A stretch of DNA of 45,474 nucleotides from Balneolaceae bacterium (GCA_040905245.1 JBBDRX010000038.1:1-45474), one strand, 5' to 3'. Shown: positions 1 through 9,739, counted from the first letter of the stretch. Made by a program: numbers and translations. The notes: generated by a model from the letters alone, not told the origin.

Positions 1-38
1 TCCGGATCCCGATGGATATATTTATACCTATGGGGTAA

Positions 39-1109
39 GGGGGAAAGAAAAAAATCAACTGGTTTGAAGTCTATGCCGGTGAGAAAGCCGTAGACTTTTA
101 TGGCAATGACGACTGGCTTCCGGAAGATACACTGAAAGCTTTTAAAGAGTACAAAGTTGGTATTAAAGGCCCTCTGACCACTCCTGTCGGGGGTGGATTT
201 CGCTCATTGAATGTGGCAATTCGACAGAAACTGGACCTTTACGCTTGTGTCCGTCCTGTCAAATACTATACAGGAACCCCGAGCCCGGTAAAAGAACCGG
301 ATAAGACCGACATGGTAATCTTCCGTGAAAACACAGAAGATATTTACGCCGGTATCGAATACCAGACCGGAACCGATGAGAATAAAAAGCTCAAAGACTT
401 CCTGATCAACGATCTTGGCGTAAAGAATATCCGGTTTCCGGAGACCTCTTCCCTCGGAATCAAGCCTATTTCCACGGAAGGGACCGAACGTCTGGTACGA
501 TCAGCCATTGAATATGCGATTGCCCAGGGTCGCAAAAGCGTCACACTGGTCCACAAAGGGAACATCATGAAGTTTACTGAAGGAAGCTTCAAAAACTGGG
601 GTTACGAACTCGCAAAACGTGAGTATGGTGCCAAAGAAATCGATGGCGGCCCATGGTGCAAACTCCCGAATGGCATCGTTATCAAGGATGTTATTGCGGA
701 CGCGTTTTTGCAACAGATCCTGACTCGCCCGGCAGAGTATGACGTAATCGCCACCATGAATCTGAACGGGGATTACATTTCTGATGCACTGGCTGCATGT
801 GTAGGTGGAATCGGAATTGCTCCGGGTGCAAATATCAATTACGAGAGTGGTGTTTCCGTATTTGAAGCAACACACGGTACGGCTCCTAAATACACTGGCC
901 AGGACAAAGTAAATCCGGGCTCTCTGATTCTTTCGGGTGTCATGATGCTGCGGCACATGGGGTGGCAGGAAGCAGCCGACCTGATTGAAAAAGGCCTGGA
1001 AGCTGCAATTAGCAAAAAACGAGTTACCTATGATTTCGAACGGCTGATGCAGGGTGCCACACTATTGAAGTGCTCCGAGTTCGGTGATGAAATCATCGCA
1101 AATATGTAA
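39..1109 (+). CDS. icd: NADP-dependent isocitrate dehydrogenase, 5-prime part lost at window edge
   Basis: Frame 3 from nt 39 reads [44 protein letters not shown]. It runs straight into listed ORF 207..1109 ([35 protein letters not shown]) and is colinear with E. coli/B. subtilis Icd. An in-frame TAA at 36..38 leaves the upstream continuity unresolved. Confidence 0.9.
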   Translation, partial: GGKKKINWFEVYAGEKAVDFYGNDDWLPEDTLKAFKEYKVGIKGPLTTPVGGGFRSLNVAIRQKLDLYACVRPVKYYTGTPSPVKEPDKTDMVIFRENTEDIYAGIEYQTGTDENKKLKDFLINDLGVKNIRFPETSSLGIKPISTEGTERLVRSAIEYAIAQGRKSVTLVHKGNIMKFTEGSFKNWGYELAKREYGAKEIDGGPWCKLPNGIVIKDVIADAFLQQILTRPAEYDVIATMNLNGDYISDALAACVGGIGIAPGANINYESGVSVFEATHGTAPKYTGQDKVNPGSLILSGVMMLRHMGWQEAADLIEKGLEAAISKKRVTYDFERLMQGATLLKCSEFGDEIIANM

Positions 1110-1149
1110 CCCGGTTTCGGCAAAAACAGCCACACCGATACTCCCTTTC

Positions 1150-1190
1150 AAAGGCACCCTTCGAACAGAACGGGTGCCTTTTTAATTTTG
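1150..1190 (+). terminator. Rho-independent terminator after icd
   Basis: A 10-bp stem AAAGGCACCC/GGGTGCCTTT (1150-1159 / 1172-1181) with a 12-nt loop is followed by TTTTTAATTTT. It lies between convergent icd and the 1227 gene. Confidence 0.65.
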
Positions 1191-1226
1191 CCAATCCAAT
1201 AGCCGGGATCGTGCTTCTTGTAAAAA

Positions 1227-2522
1227 CTACCTGTTGAGATTCTCAGGCTCATAAACCCATATATAGGAATGGCGACGATTTTCTGCAATTAGAACTCTGC
1301 CTTTTTTATCCGTGCTGATTCTGCTTCCTTGCGCACCATGATCAGGCCAGCCTAATGAATTAATGGAAGCCACCCCGGGGTCATAATTGAGAAGCCATGT
1401 ATTGTCGTAATCCCGTCCACCCAACATATACAATTTGCCGTCGCCGCCATAAGTAAGGGACTTAAGGTTCCAATATTGGAAAGCCTTGCCCTTATTAATC
1501 ACTGTGGATGTTGATGGATAAAACTTGAACAAAAATCCGTCGTTGATAGTCCCAGCCCAAAACCCTCCATCATTTGCACGGATCGCTGATGCTATTCCAT
1601 TTTCATAGATGGGATTAGAGTCCATTCCCGTTTGAACCGGAATATTCGCACCCGTGTAAACAGGTTCCTCATCACCATAGGCGAGTCGATAAATCCGCCC
1701 GCCTTCTTTGGTAGAATACGAAGATGACGCACTCGGTCCTTCCTGGATAACCGAAGGATCGGATCCTTCACGATAGTAGGTTGAATAGTATATCGTTCCA
1801 GCATCATCAATCATCAATACCTTCGGAACGCCTCTCCAGGAAACTCTGCCAAGATGTTCCACTCTCCAGGGAGTCATCACTTCCCCGAAATCTTTTACAG
1901 ATTTTGAAGACAGATCGAATGAAAAAAGATGTCCGGCAGGATAGGTCACCCCATATACAATCTCCCGGTTCTGATCCACAGCAATGCAGTTAATTCCCTG
2001 CCCCGGTGCAATGATGCCAAGATCTTCCAACTCATCTGTTCCCGGATCATACAAAAAGAGGTGCCCTCCTTCATAACTATTATCTTCGTCATCAAAAATC
2101 TCATTGTATGTAGATGTGCTGCCTACAAGCAGATTTTCCTTGTAGGCATTGAGATCACTCACCATTGTCTGCTCCGGAAGATTAGACGTTACGTTAAGCA
2201 CATGTTCTAACGTCTCACCGTCCGTTCGGAACAGATGAGCATTTTCAGCACCCCATGTGGCTTTGGTACTGCCGTAGACCCAGTCATCACTCATCAGTAA
2301 CATATCCGTAACAGCACTTTCTCCACCTTTTATAGGGCCTCCCGGGCCATCTGAAATTAACAGCCGGTTCACCAGTGAATTACCTGGAAGTGCTCCCGCT
2401 CTTTGAGCCAAAACACTGTTTGTATTGGCACCAACCAAAACAAACAGAAAAACCATCCAGCCTGTTTTTCTCAATTTAAATACGAAGTCCCCTGTCGCCA
2501 TTTTAAAATTTTTCATCCTCAT
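1227..2522 (-). CDS. Secreted beta-propeller-like protein of unknown function (paralog A)
   Basis: This is ORF 1227..2600 trimmed to Met27 (MRMKNFK...). That start sits 13 nt after the stop of the upstream gene. The signal peptide is WMVFLFVLVGANTNSVLAQ. Repeated Y/W-G-rich blade-like segments are present. It shares SYEGGHLFLYDPGTDELEDLGI with the neighbouring gene. Confidence 0.7.
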   Translation of the reverse strand: MRMKNFKMATGDFVFKLRKTGWMVFLFVLVGANTNSVLAQRAGALPGNSLVNRLLISDGPGGPIKGGESAVTDMLLMSDDWVYGSTKATWGAENAHLFRTDGETLEHVLNVTSNLPEQTMVSDLNAYKENLLVGSTSTYNEIFDDEDNSYEGGHLFLYDPGTDELEDLGIIAPGQGINCIAVDQNREIVYGVTYPAGHLFSFDLSSKSVKDFGEVMTPWRVEHLGRVSWRGVPKVLMIDDAGTIYYSTYYREGSDPSVIQEGPSASSSYSTKEGGRIYRLAYGDEEPVYTGANIPVQTGMDSNPIYENGIASAIRANDGGFWAGTINDGFLFKFYPSTSTVINKGKAFQYWNLKSLTYGGDGKLYMLGGRDYDNTWLLNYDPGVASINSLGWPDHGAQGSRISTDKKGRVLIAENRRHSYIWVYEPENLNR

Positions 2523-2535
2523 CAGGTTTCTTTGA

Positions 2536-3825
2536 TTAGTTTTCATAACTGGCAAGATCAACCGGCGGATCAAACCGAACCAAAAACGGTCGTCTGACAT
2601 CTTTGTCTTCCGCTACATCTTCGTTTTCTCCATATGGATAGCCGTACGAACTAAAGTAAACGACATGGTCAGTTGCGACCAAAGCGCCGTAGCTGCCCTG
2701 CACCTCTTCAACCTCTCCAACCCAATGGTATGAGTTGGTATTCAAATCCAGAATGGTAAGAATTGCCGAATGCCCGTCAACCGCCGATCCATGATTACCG
2801 GCTATGAAATAAAGCCGCTGGCGTTCTTCATCCAAAGCTATATTTGGAGTATAGACTGATTCATCCGGCAAACCCAGTACATGTCCGAGATCTTCCAACT
2901 GCTCGGTCTGCGGGTGAAAACTCCAGACAAAACCATCGCGTGATATTCCATAGATTGTATTATCTGATGACACAACAGTGGCGCGAAAATTTCCACCGGG
3001 AAGCTGAATATCAAAATCTGTGAACTCTTCTGTGTCGGGATTAAACTGGGTTAAACCTCCAAAAGGATTTAAAAAGTAACAGAATCCTCTATTATCCATA
3101 ATCATTTCCCTGGACCCATACCCAGCTTCATAGTGGTTTAGTTCCATAGTATCAAGATTCATGCGCCAAAAAAGTTGACGATCTGTCGAAAGACCATTGA
3201 TAATATTTCGATTTTCATCATAGTACAATGCCACTGTTGCTCCATAGGAAGCGGGAATTCCCAGATAATCAACATCCTCCGTAGATGGATCATATGCTAT
3301 GATAGCACCACCCTCATAACTTTTCGGAAAATACTGTCCTGTAAATTCGTGAGTATAGGAGGCGCCCATATATCCAGCCGTATACAATACTCCCCTGGAA
3401 TCAGAAACAATGTTTGCATGAATTTTTCCATGCCCGGGAGATTCTGCATTGGAGTAGAGGGCACTTGCTCTGTTTAATTCAAAGGCTGTAAAAGATTTAT
3501 CTATTTCAGGATCATAATAATGAACAGTGGTATTTCCGAATCCCCAGGGTCTTTCATATCTGTCCTCCTCATCCCAGTGATTATTCCCGTCTGTTCCCCA
3601 ATGATCACCACCGGCAAACCAGATTTTCCCGTCCGGAGTTTCTGTGATCTTGTTCCAGTTTGTATTCTGCGTGGATTCTCCTTTCCAATCCAGGCCCTCT
3701 GCAACATAAAAGTTTAATTCTATCGGCTTCAGATTTTCCAGATCTATGGATTGACTCATAGATACCACTGGTAGAGCCAACAGAAGAAAAGCCAGAAAAT
3801 ATAATCTGCTTACTGTATTCGTCAT
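2536..3825 (-). CDS. Secreted beta-propeller-like protein of unknown function (paralog B)
   Basis: 429-aa ORF with signal peptide MTNTVSRLYFLAFLLLALPVVSMSQS. It contains SYEGGAIIAYDPSTEDVDYLGI and IYGISRDGFVWSFHPQTEQLEDLGHV, which parallel motifs in the 1227 gene. Confidence 0.7.
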   Translation of the reverse strand: MTNTVSRLYFLAFLLLALPVVSMSQSIDLENLKPIELNFYVAEGLDWKGESTQNTNWNKITETPDGKIWFAGGDHWGTDGNNHWDEEDRYERPWGFGNTTVHYYDPEIDKSFTAFELNRASALYSNAESPGHGKIHANIVSDSRGVLYTAGYMGASYTHEFTGQYFPKSYEGGAIIAYDPSTEDVDYLGIPASYGATVALYYDENRNIINGLSTDRQLFWRMNLDTMELNHYEAGYGSREMIMDNRGFCYFLNPFGGLTQFNPDTEEFTDFDIQLPGGNFRATVVSSDNTIYGISRDGFVWSFHPQTEQLEDLGHVLGLPDESVYTPNIALDEERQRLYFIAGNHGSAVDGHSAILTILDLNTNSYHWVGEVEEVQGSYGALVATDHVVYFSSYGYPYGENEDVAEDKDVRRPFLVRFDPPVDLASYEN

Positions 3826-4167
3826 GATTTTATGATTGATTACGGTTCATCCTCTTGATCTGTATTTCTGGTACACTGTCGGTTCCGGCAGCTGGATTTT
3901 CAAGGGCTAATAAGGCAAGCAACGGCATCCCAACTACCATTTTTGTCGGAATCGGAATGGATAGCTATTTCGAAAAAAATCTTTGCCCTTAAAAATCACC
4001 CTCATATAAGTATTCGAATATTGGTCAAAAAAACAAATAGGGAGCCTGAAGCATCTCTCATTCGCCAGAGAAAACTTCATTAACGGGATTTATCTTTTTG
4101 GCATACCACAATGTGGCTGATACCAATAGCAAAGGAGAGCAACCTCAACGAAACGAAACCTGATATT

Positions 4168-4194
4168 CATCCCTGGTGTGTTGCCCCAGGGATG
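4168..4194 (-). terminator. Stem-loop just downstream of the lipoprotein gene (possible terminator, no clear U-tract)
   Basis: A perfect 9-bp stem CATCCCTGG/CCAGGGATG with a 9-nt loop lies 15 nt after the stop at 4209. Confidence 0.3.
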
Positions 4195-4208
4195 CTGGCT
4201 TTAGAGCT

Positions 4209-4787
4209 TTACTCCCCGGCTCTGGTGAACAACGGGGATTCTCTGAAATGGACCCACTGTTCCGGAGCCTTGTCTTCCATTGTTTGCTCCAGCTGATCCC
4301 ACAACTCCTTCACCGGGATCTCCAGACGCACAAAATGGTAATAAACTCCATCATCGCCTCTTGCCCCTTCTTCCTGCCGTTCTCCCGCTTCAAAATCCAA
4401 AGTCCACACAGCCTTGCGCAACGTTCGAATAAATGTTGGGTCAGCAAGTGACGAGACACCATCATCGACCAGACGCCTGCGCATCAGCTCCAGCTCGTCG
4501 TCAATCCATCGCACCAGATTCCGTTCAGCCTCAGGGAACAGCCCCTCGGCAATCCAGTCCGGATCCGATCCCGGTGCCGAAGCATATCCTGCAAGACGTC
4601 CCTGTACCATCACACCGGCCGCTTCACCTGCAAACCAGTCTGGTTCCAGAGTTGGCTCAACCTGCTCCTGTTGCACTTCAGTAGTTGGCTTCGGGGATGA
4701 ACCCTGCTCCGATGCAGCTTCAGGTGTGGAACAGGAAACGAAAAAAAGAGAGAGAACGAGCCCTGAAACCGTATAGATCAATTTCAT
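4209..4787 (-). CDS. Lipoprotein of unknown function
   Basis: The lipobox signal is MKLIYTVSGLVLSLFFVSC|S. Its ATG overlaps the protease stop as ATGA. Confidence 0.7.
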   Translation of the reverse strand: MKLIYTVSGLVLSLFFVSCSTPEAASEQGSSPKPTTEVQQEQVEPTLEPDWFAGEAAGVMVQGRLAGYASAPGSDPDWIAEGLFPEAERNLVRWIDDELELMRRRLVDDGVSSLADPTFIRTLRKAVWTLDFEAGERQEEGARGDDGVYYHFVRLEIPVKELWDQLEQTMEDKAPEQWVHFRESPLFTRAGE

Positions 4788-6349
4788 GGAGTATGGTTTG
4801 TTTCGTTAAGAAAAAAGTGTGCTTCGGCACCATCCGGAAACCGGATTCGAAGCCGAACCGGGCCCGGCTCCTTCAATGCCTCGGCCAGAACAATTCGGGC
4901 CTCTTCGAGTGTCTGAACCCGAACCCCTTCAATAGCAAGCAAGTACGTACCAGGGCGCAACCCTCGATTCCATGCCTGACTTCCAGGAGACACATCACTC
5001 AGAACAAGACCGGAAATATTGCCTCTTGATGATTCAATTGACCGCTCCTGAAGGGTAAATCCCAGTTCGAATTGTAACTCTTCCTTACCATCCATACCCG
5101 AATCACCGGGAGATTGTTCCCGTTCGGAATCCGGTCTCTCCCCCGGACCCGGCATGGGCAGGCCTTCCGGTTCAGTATCCGGCTGTAGTATTTCCCGCAA
5201 CACGATATTGTACGTCACAATATCTCCCTGTCTCCAAATCCGTAACTCTACCCTGTCTCCCGGCCGATACATCGCCACACGCTCCTGTAGTTGATTGGCT
5301 TCGTTGACGGCCATGCCATTCACCTCCAGAATCACATCATTTCGTTCGATACCAGAGGCCCGGGCTGCGCCGTCCGGCAAAGTACTCACGACAAGGACCC
5401 CTCGAATCTCTTCCATCCCAAGGTCTCTGGCAATAGAGTGATTCACGGATTCGATACTGACTCCGAGCATGCCTCTCCTGGTTTCACCGAATTCGATCAG
5501 ATCCTGCGCTACTTTGAGAGCCAGATTACTCGGAACGGCAAAACCGTACCCCTGATAAGTTCCGCTCTGACTGGCAATTGCCGTGTTGATCCCGATCAGC
5601 TCACCACTTGTATTCACCAGGGCTCCTCCGCTATTCCCGCGATTGATCGCCGCATCGGTCTGTATGAAGCTCTCGATCCGCATGGAATCATTGATAATTT
5701 GCACATCACGGCTGAGGGCACTGACGATTCCCGCTGTCACGGTCGACTGCAATCGAAACGGATTTCCGATGGCAAGAACCCACTCTCCGATCCGGACATG
5801 GTCCGAATTTCCCACCAGAACCGGCTGCAAATTCTCTGCCTCAATCCGGATCACTGCCAGATCCGTGCTCGGATCAGCTCCGATGATCCGGGCGGGATAA
5901 CTACGTTTATCCATGAGTGTAACATGAATTCCACTGCTTACAGCAGAGTCGACTACGTGATTGTTGGTCAGGATATATCCATCTTCGGAGAGAATCACGC
6001 CGGATCCAACCGTTCTTGCCCGTCGTGGCAAAAAGCGATGCCAAAGGTCTGTCTCTTCCTCTTCCCCCTCAAACCCCTCTCCTTCCACCTGAACGGTCGT
6101 CTCGATAAATACGACGGACGGAATCGTTGTATCGGCAACACGCTGAAACAGAAAACGGCTGTCCATCTTTTCCAGATCATCTGTCTTCAGCTGCGGACTG
6201 GTACTTCGTGTAATTTCGGTAACCCTCACCGTCGCGTGGTCACTACCCCAGTCGTCCGGACGAAACATGGTAATAGCAAGGCCAATCAACACTCCCACAA
6301 CTACGAGAATGGTTCCCGTCAGAATCAGATCTCGCTTCTTCATACTCAC
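4784..6349 (-). CDS. DegP/HtrA-family periplasmic serine protease with two PDZ domains
   Basis: It has an N-terminal TM anchor and the catalytic motifs TNNHVV, DLAVIRI and GNSGGALVN. Two PDZ-like segments occupy the C-terminal half. Confidence 0.9.
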   Translation of the reverse strand: MSMKKRDLILTGTILVVVGVLIGLAITMFRPDDWGSDHATVRVTEITRSTSPQLKTDDLEKMDSRFLFQRVADTTIPSVVFIETTVQVEGEGFEGEEEETDLWHRFLPRRARTVGSGVILSEDGYILTNNHVVDSAVSSGIHVTLMDKRSYPARIIGADPSTDLAVIRIEAENLQPVLVGNSDHVRIGEWVLAIGNPFRLQSTVTAGIVSALSRDVQIINDSMRIESFIQTDAAINRGNSGGALVNTSGELIGINTAIASQSGTYQGYGFAVPSNLALKVAQDLIEFGETRRGMLGVSIESVNHSIARDLGMEEIRGVLVVSTLPDGAARASGIERNDVILEVNGMAVNEANQLQERVAMYRPGDRVELRIWRQGDIVTYNIVLREILQPDTEPEGLPMPGPGERPDSEREQSPGDSGMDGKEELQFELGFTLQERSIESSRGNISGLVLSDVSPGSQAWNRGLRPGTYLLAIEGVRVQTLEEARIVLAEALKEPGPVRLRIRFPDGAEAHFFLNETNHTP

Positions 6350-7083
6350 TCCTTGAGAATTTGATCAAAAATCGCATCCGATCTTCTGGGCCTCAACCCG
6401 TCCAGATGATAACGAAAATAGTCGTCCATAAACCGTACAAGCTGGCTTCGTTCCCCGCCATCCAGCTCTCCCGTCAGATTTGAGACTTTGCGGCTCCTTG
6501 TTACATTTATGATAAATCGAAGCTGGTTCCGGCTCAGCCGAACCGCCTTGTCGCTTTGTGGTCTGTCCGTGATAAGCCCCCCGTCAATATTCAGATATCC
6601 CTCTTCATCTCCGGCCGTCACACCGCGAATCTGCAATTCAAGACCTATCAATTGTGCCAGACGTATCTGAAGATAGGGGAAAGTAGCCGGAATTACTTCA
6701 CCGGCCCGATCCAGCCAGACAAGAAATCGCTTTGTAAACTGAAAAACCGAATCGTTCACCTCTCCCTCGTGCAACAACTGGCCAATCAGTTCCATGCTAC
6801 TCATCACCATCGCCATCTTTTCAATATCCTGATGAATCTGATCCAACCGCGTCAGGTACGATGTCTCTGTAAGGGTTTGAATCGATCGGCTCTGCTTGTA
6901 ATAGTAGACCGCATGCAAAAGATTTCCACTCTGGATCATCCCCGAAAACCCGCTTTTGGGTTTCCGTCCCCCCCGTATCATAAGCGGCAACTTTCCGTGC
7001 TCCTCACTCAGGACCGTCGCGATCAGACTCGACTCCCCATATTTTATGCTCCAGAGAACAATAACATCGGTTTTCGTAATCAC
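6346..7083 (-). CDS. recO: DNA repair protein RecO
   Basis: 245 aa with a RecO-like OB-fold N-terminus (TDVIVLWSIKYGESSLIATVLSEEHGKLPLMIRGGRKPKS). Its stop overlaps the protease start by 4 nt. Confidence 0.8.
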   Translation of the reverse strand: MITKTDVIVLWSIKYGESSLIATVLSEEHGKLPLMIRGGRKPKSGFSGMIQSGNLLHAVYYYKQSRSIQTLTETSYLTRLDQIHQDIEKMAMVMSSMELIGQLLHEGEVNDSVFQFTKRFLVWLDRAGEVIPATFPYLQIRLAQLIGLELQIRGVTAGDEEGYLNIDGGLITDRPQSDKAVRLSRNQLRFIINVTRSRKVSNLTGELDGGERSQLVRFMDDYFRYHLDGLRPRRSDAIFDQILKE

Positions 7084-7110
7084 AGATTTCCGTATTGATT
7101 TGTTTCAGGG

Positions 7111-9627
7111 TCAATATCGGAGCCACCCCTTGTCCTCCAGCAACTGAACCAGAGCGGGCAAGAATGTTAAAGCTGTAATGAGAGTCATTCCGACTCCGAC
7201 AACCGCCATAATCCCGATGGACTGTAAACCCGGGTGAGCTGTGAACAGAAGCCCTGCAAAACCCATCATTGTTGTCAGAGAACCGACCGTAATATGTTGT
7301 CCTGTACTGGAGAGAACATTCCACATACTGTTCCGTCCCTCCTCCCGATAACGGTGTGCAATATGGACCCCGTTATCACACCCGATTCCCAGAATAGCCG
7401 GGAGTACAACCAGGTTGTAGAAATTAAACTTGAACCCGGTAATAACCATAAAGCCGAACAGAAACAGAAACCCGATCAGCAACGGAATCATTGCGATGAG
7501 ACCCCACCGGAATGATCGAAAAGAGTAAAACATGAAAAACAGCACGATCAGGAAAGTCGCACTCACCATATACGGACTCTCGTCAATCATCAGGTCCAGC
7601 ATCTCGGCAGCAACAATCGAAGTACTTCCGGCATGATAGACCCTTCCACTGCTTACACTCACCTCGCCAATCTCATTCTTGAAAGCAATGGAACGTCGGC
7701 CGTCAGACAGCCCTTCGTTGGGATAAACAATCAGAAACCTGCCAATTCCGCCATCCCGGGTAACAAACCGGTTCATCAGAAAATCGGGTATCTGATCCCT
7801 GGGGAGCGCCTCTGTAGTTTGAGAAGCTCGTCGCAGCAAATCCAGATCTTCGTCTTCCTGGTCAACCAGAAATGGGTTCCGCAAAAGTCTCCGAACCTCC
7901 GCTATCCGGTCCAGTTTCTGCTCTGCAGCCGCCGGATCCTCGGAGAATCGTTCCTGGAACGCTTCGACACTCAGAATCATGGATTCCGTATTACTCTCTT
8001 TTCGAGCCCGAAGGGTATCCATCACTTCGAACAGATCCTCATCAGTTTCCGTGATTATATAGGCCGGATTCCGCCGGTCGGACTTGTCCACTCCTCTGGT
8101 AAAGTCACGAAACGACTGATACTCCGGAAATTTCGGCTCCAGTTTTGAAAATTCATATTCGAACCGCAGATCACTGCTATAAAACAGTACAACAACAGAA
8201 ATCAGAATCGAGACACCGACAATCCCTCTTACATAGGGATATCGCCGAAACATCGGACGAACCCCGTTTTCCGCTGAACGCTCCACCAGTAAAATCCATC
8301 CCCATCGTTCGAAAAGAGTCAAAATAGAGGGCATGATATAGAGCATGGCCGCAAGGGCAAGCAGAATCCCCGTACCGGAAATCAGCCCGAATTCAGAGAA
8401 TCCGCGGAACTCTGCGATGACCAGGATAAAAAGTGCCGAAGCCGTCGTCAGAGCACTGACAAGTATCGCTGCACCGGTCTTCGAATAGGCTTCCAGGAGT
8501 GCATTCTCAACGCTCTGCCCGACAGAACGCAACTCGATGTATCTTGCGTAGTAATGAATACCGTAATCAATGCCAAGCCCGAAGAGAATCACAAACAGGA
8601 CAGAGGTCATGGTATTGAGCGCTCCAAGAGCCCAATAGGCAATGCCGAACGTCCAGGCAAGGCTGATCAGAAGAGGCACACCGATCACAAGAATCGGAAC
8701 CGGAGAACGAAACAGATGAGACAGGAACCCATGCAGTTGATCGTCACGATGACCCTGCCTGTAATGAAAATACTTTTTGAAAAAGAAGTAGAGGAGTACC
8801 AGGAAAATCACCCCGGAAAATCCGGTGGCAAAACTGTTGAAAACATCCCCCATAATAGACTCAAACTCGTTGAGATGCCGTTTCAGTCGCCCACCGAAAC
8901 GCACCTCCATATCGGGATGATAATTTGCGGGCTCCATCGATGCAATGAGCGTATCAAAGGACTCGAAAAGGTCTTCAAGATATCCAATATCACTTTGTGA
9001 ACCAGTCGGATACATTTTCAGAACCATCAGGGTACTATCCTGGTTCACCGGGAACTCTGTAGGGATCAGGTCGTCATAGGTCTCGCGAAATGAACCCAAA
9101 TCCCCCTCTCCTCTGCCATCATCCTCTCCATCCTCCTCAAAATCCTCTTCAAAATCCACATAGAATGGATTGGCCTCTTCCCTGGCCTGCTCAATCTCCT
9201 CTTCAAGAAACCCGATAATTTGATCCAGCTCCGAATCTGTTGCCAGAAAAAGCGCATTATCTCTCAGTACATCCGTATCTCTTTGATACTCAACCTGACT
9301 GATAAACGACTGGTCACGACGTTCGTCATAAAGCGCCAGACTTTCCTCGATCAGGTCCTCCGCAAACGCTTTGTTTGCCTCAAAACTGGAAGAGCGAATA
9401 GCTACCTCCATCACAGTTTCGCCCCCGACACTCTCCTGAAGAGCCCGGAGTGCCTGGACATTTTCATTCGACTCAGGAAGTAGACTTGCAATATCGGTAT
9501 CAATTTTAAGCTTCAACGCAAAATTGGCCGAAACCAGAGCCGTCAACAAACACAATCCCAAAACCAGATAGGGATAGCGGTAACTGATTTGTACCAGCGG
9601 GCGTAACAGGTGTAATAGCTTTGACAT
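7111..9627 (-). CDS. RND-superfamily exporter, MMPL/HpnN-like (COG1033 type)
   Basis: 838 aa with two repeats of a 6-TM bundle, each preceded by a large soluble loop. The N-terminus YPYLVLGLCLLTALVSANFALKLKIDTDIASLLPES is typical of HpnN-like exporters. GLGIDYGIHY and GIGCDNGVHIAHRY are SSD-type motifs. Confidence 0.8.
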   Translation of the reverse strand: MSKLLHLLRPLVQISYRYPYLVLGLCLLTALVSANFALKLKIDTDIASLLPESNENVQALRALQESVGGETVMEVAIRSSSFEANKAFAEDLIEESLALYDERRDQSFISQVEYQRDTDVLRDNALFLATDSELDQIIGFLEEEIEQAREEANPFYVDFEEDFEEDGEDDGRGEGDLGSFRETYDDLIPTEFPVNQDSTLMVLKMYPTGSQSDIGYLEDLFESFDTLIASMEPANYHPDMEVRFGGRLKRHLNEFESIMGDVFNSFATGFSGVIFLVLLYFFFKKYFHYRQGHRDDQLHGFLSHLFRSPVPILVIGVPLLISLAWTFGIAYWALGALNTMTSVLFVILFGLGIDYGIHYYARYIELRSVGQSVENALLEAYSKTGAAILVSALTTASALFILVIAEFRGFSEFGLISGTGILLALAAMLYIMPSILTLFERWGWILLVERSAENGVRPMFRRYPYVRGIVGVSILISVVVLFYSSDLRFEYEFSKLEPKFPEYQSFRDFTRGVDKSDRRNPAYIITETDEDLFEVMDTLRARKESNTESMILSVEAFQERFSEDPAAAEQKLDRIAEVRRLLRNPFLVDQEDEDLDLLRRASQTTEALPRDQIPDFLMNRFVTRDGGIGRFLIVYPNEGLSDGRRSIAFKNEIGEVSVSSGRVYHAGSTSIVAAEMLDLMIDESPYMVSATFLIVLFFMFYSFRSFRWGLIAMIPLLIGFLFLFGFMVITGFKFNFYNLVVLPAILGIGCDNGVHIAHRYREEGRNSMWNVLSSTGQHITVGSLTTMMGFAGLLFTAHPGLQSIGIMAVVGVGMTLITALTFLPALVQLLEDKGWLRY

Positions 9628-9739
9628 AGGAAACAGGTTGTGAAACAGACCTTAATAATACAAAAAACCCGCGTAATTACGGACTGGTGACCTGTAAAGA
9701 AGAAAACACCACAACCTTTTACTTATTAACGCTTTACAC

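Noticed and set aside
5291-6364. 357-aa plus-strand ORF
   Set aside because: It is entirely antisense to the well-supported DegP-type protease gene. Its composition is R/H/S/P-rich and it has no motifs, which is typical of a shadow ORF.
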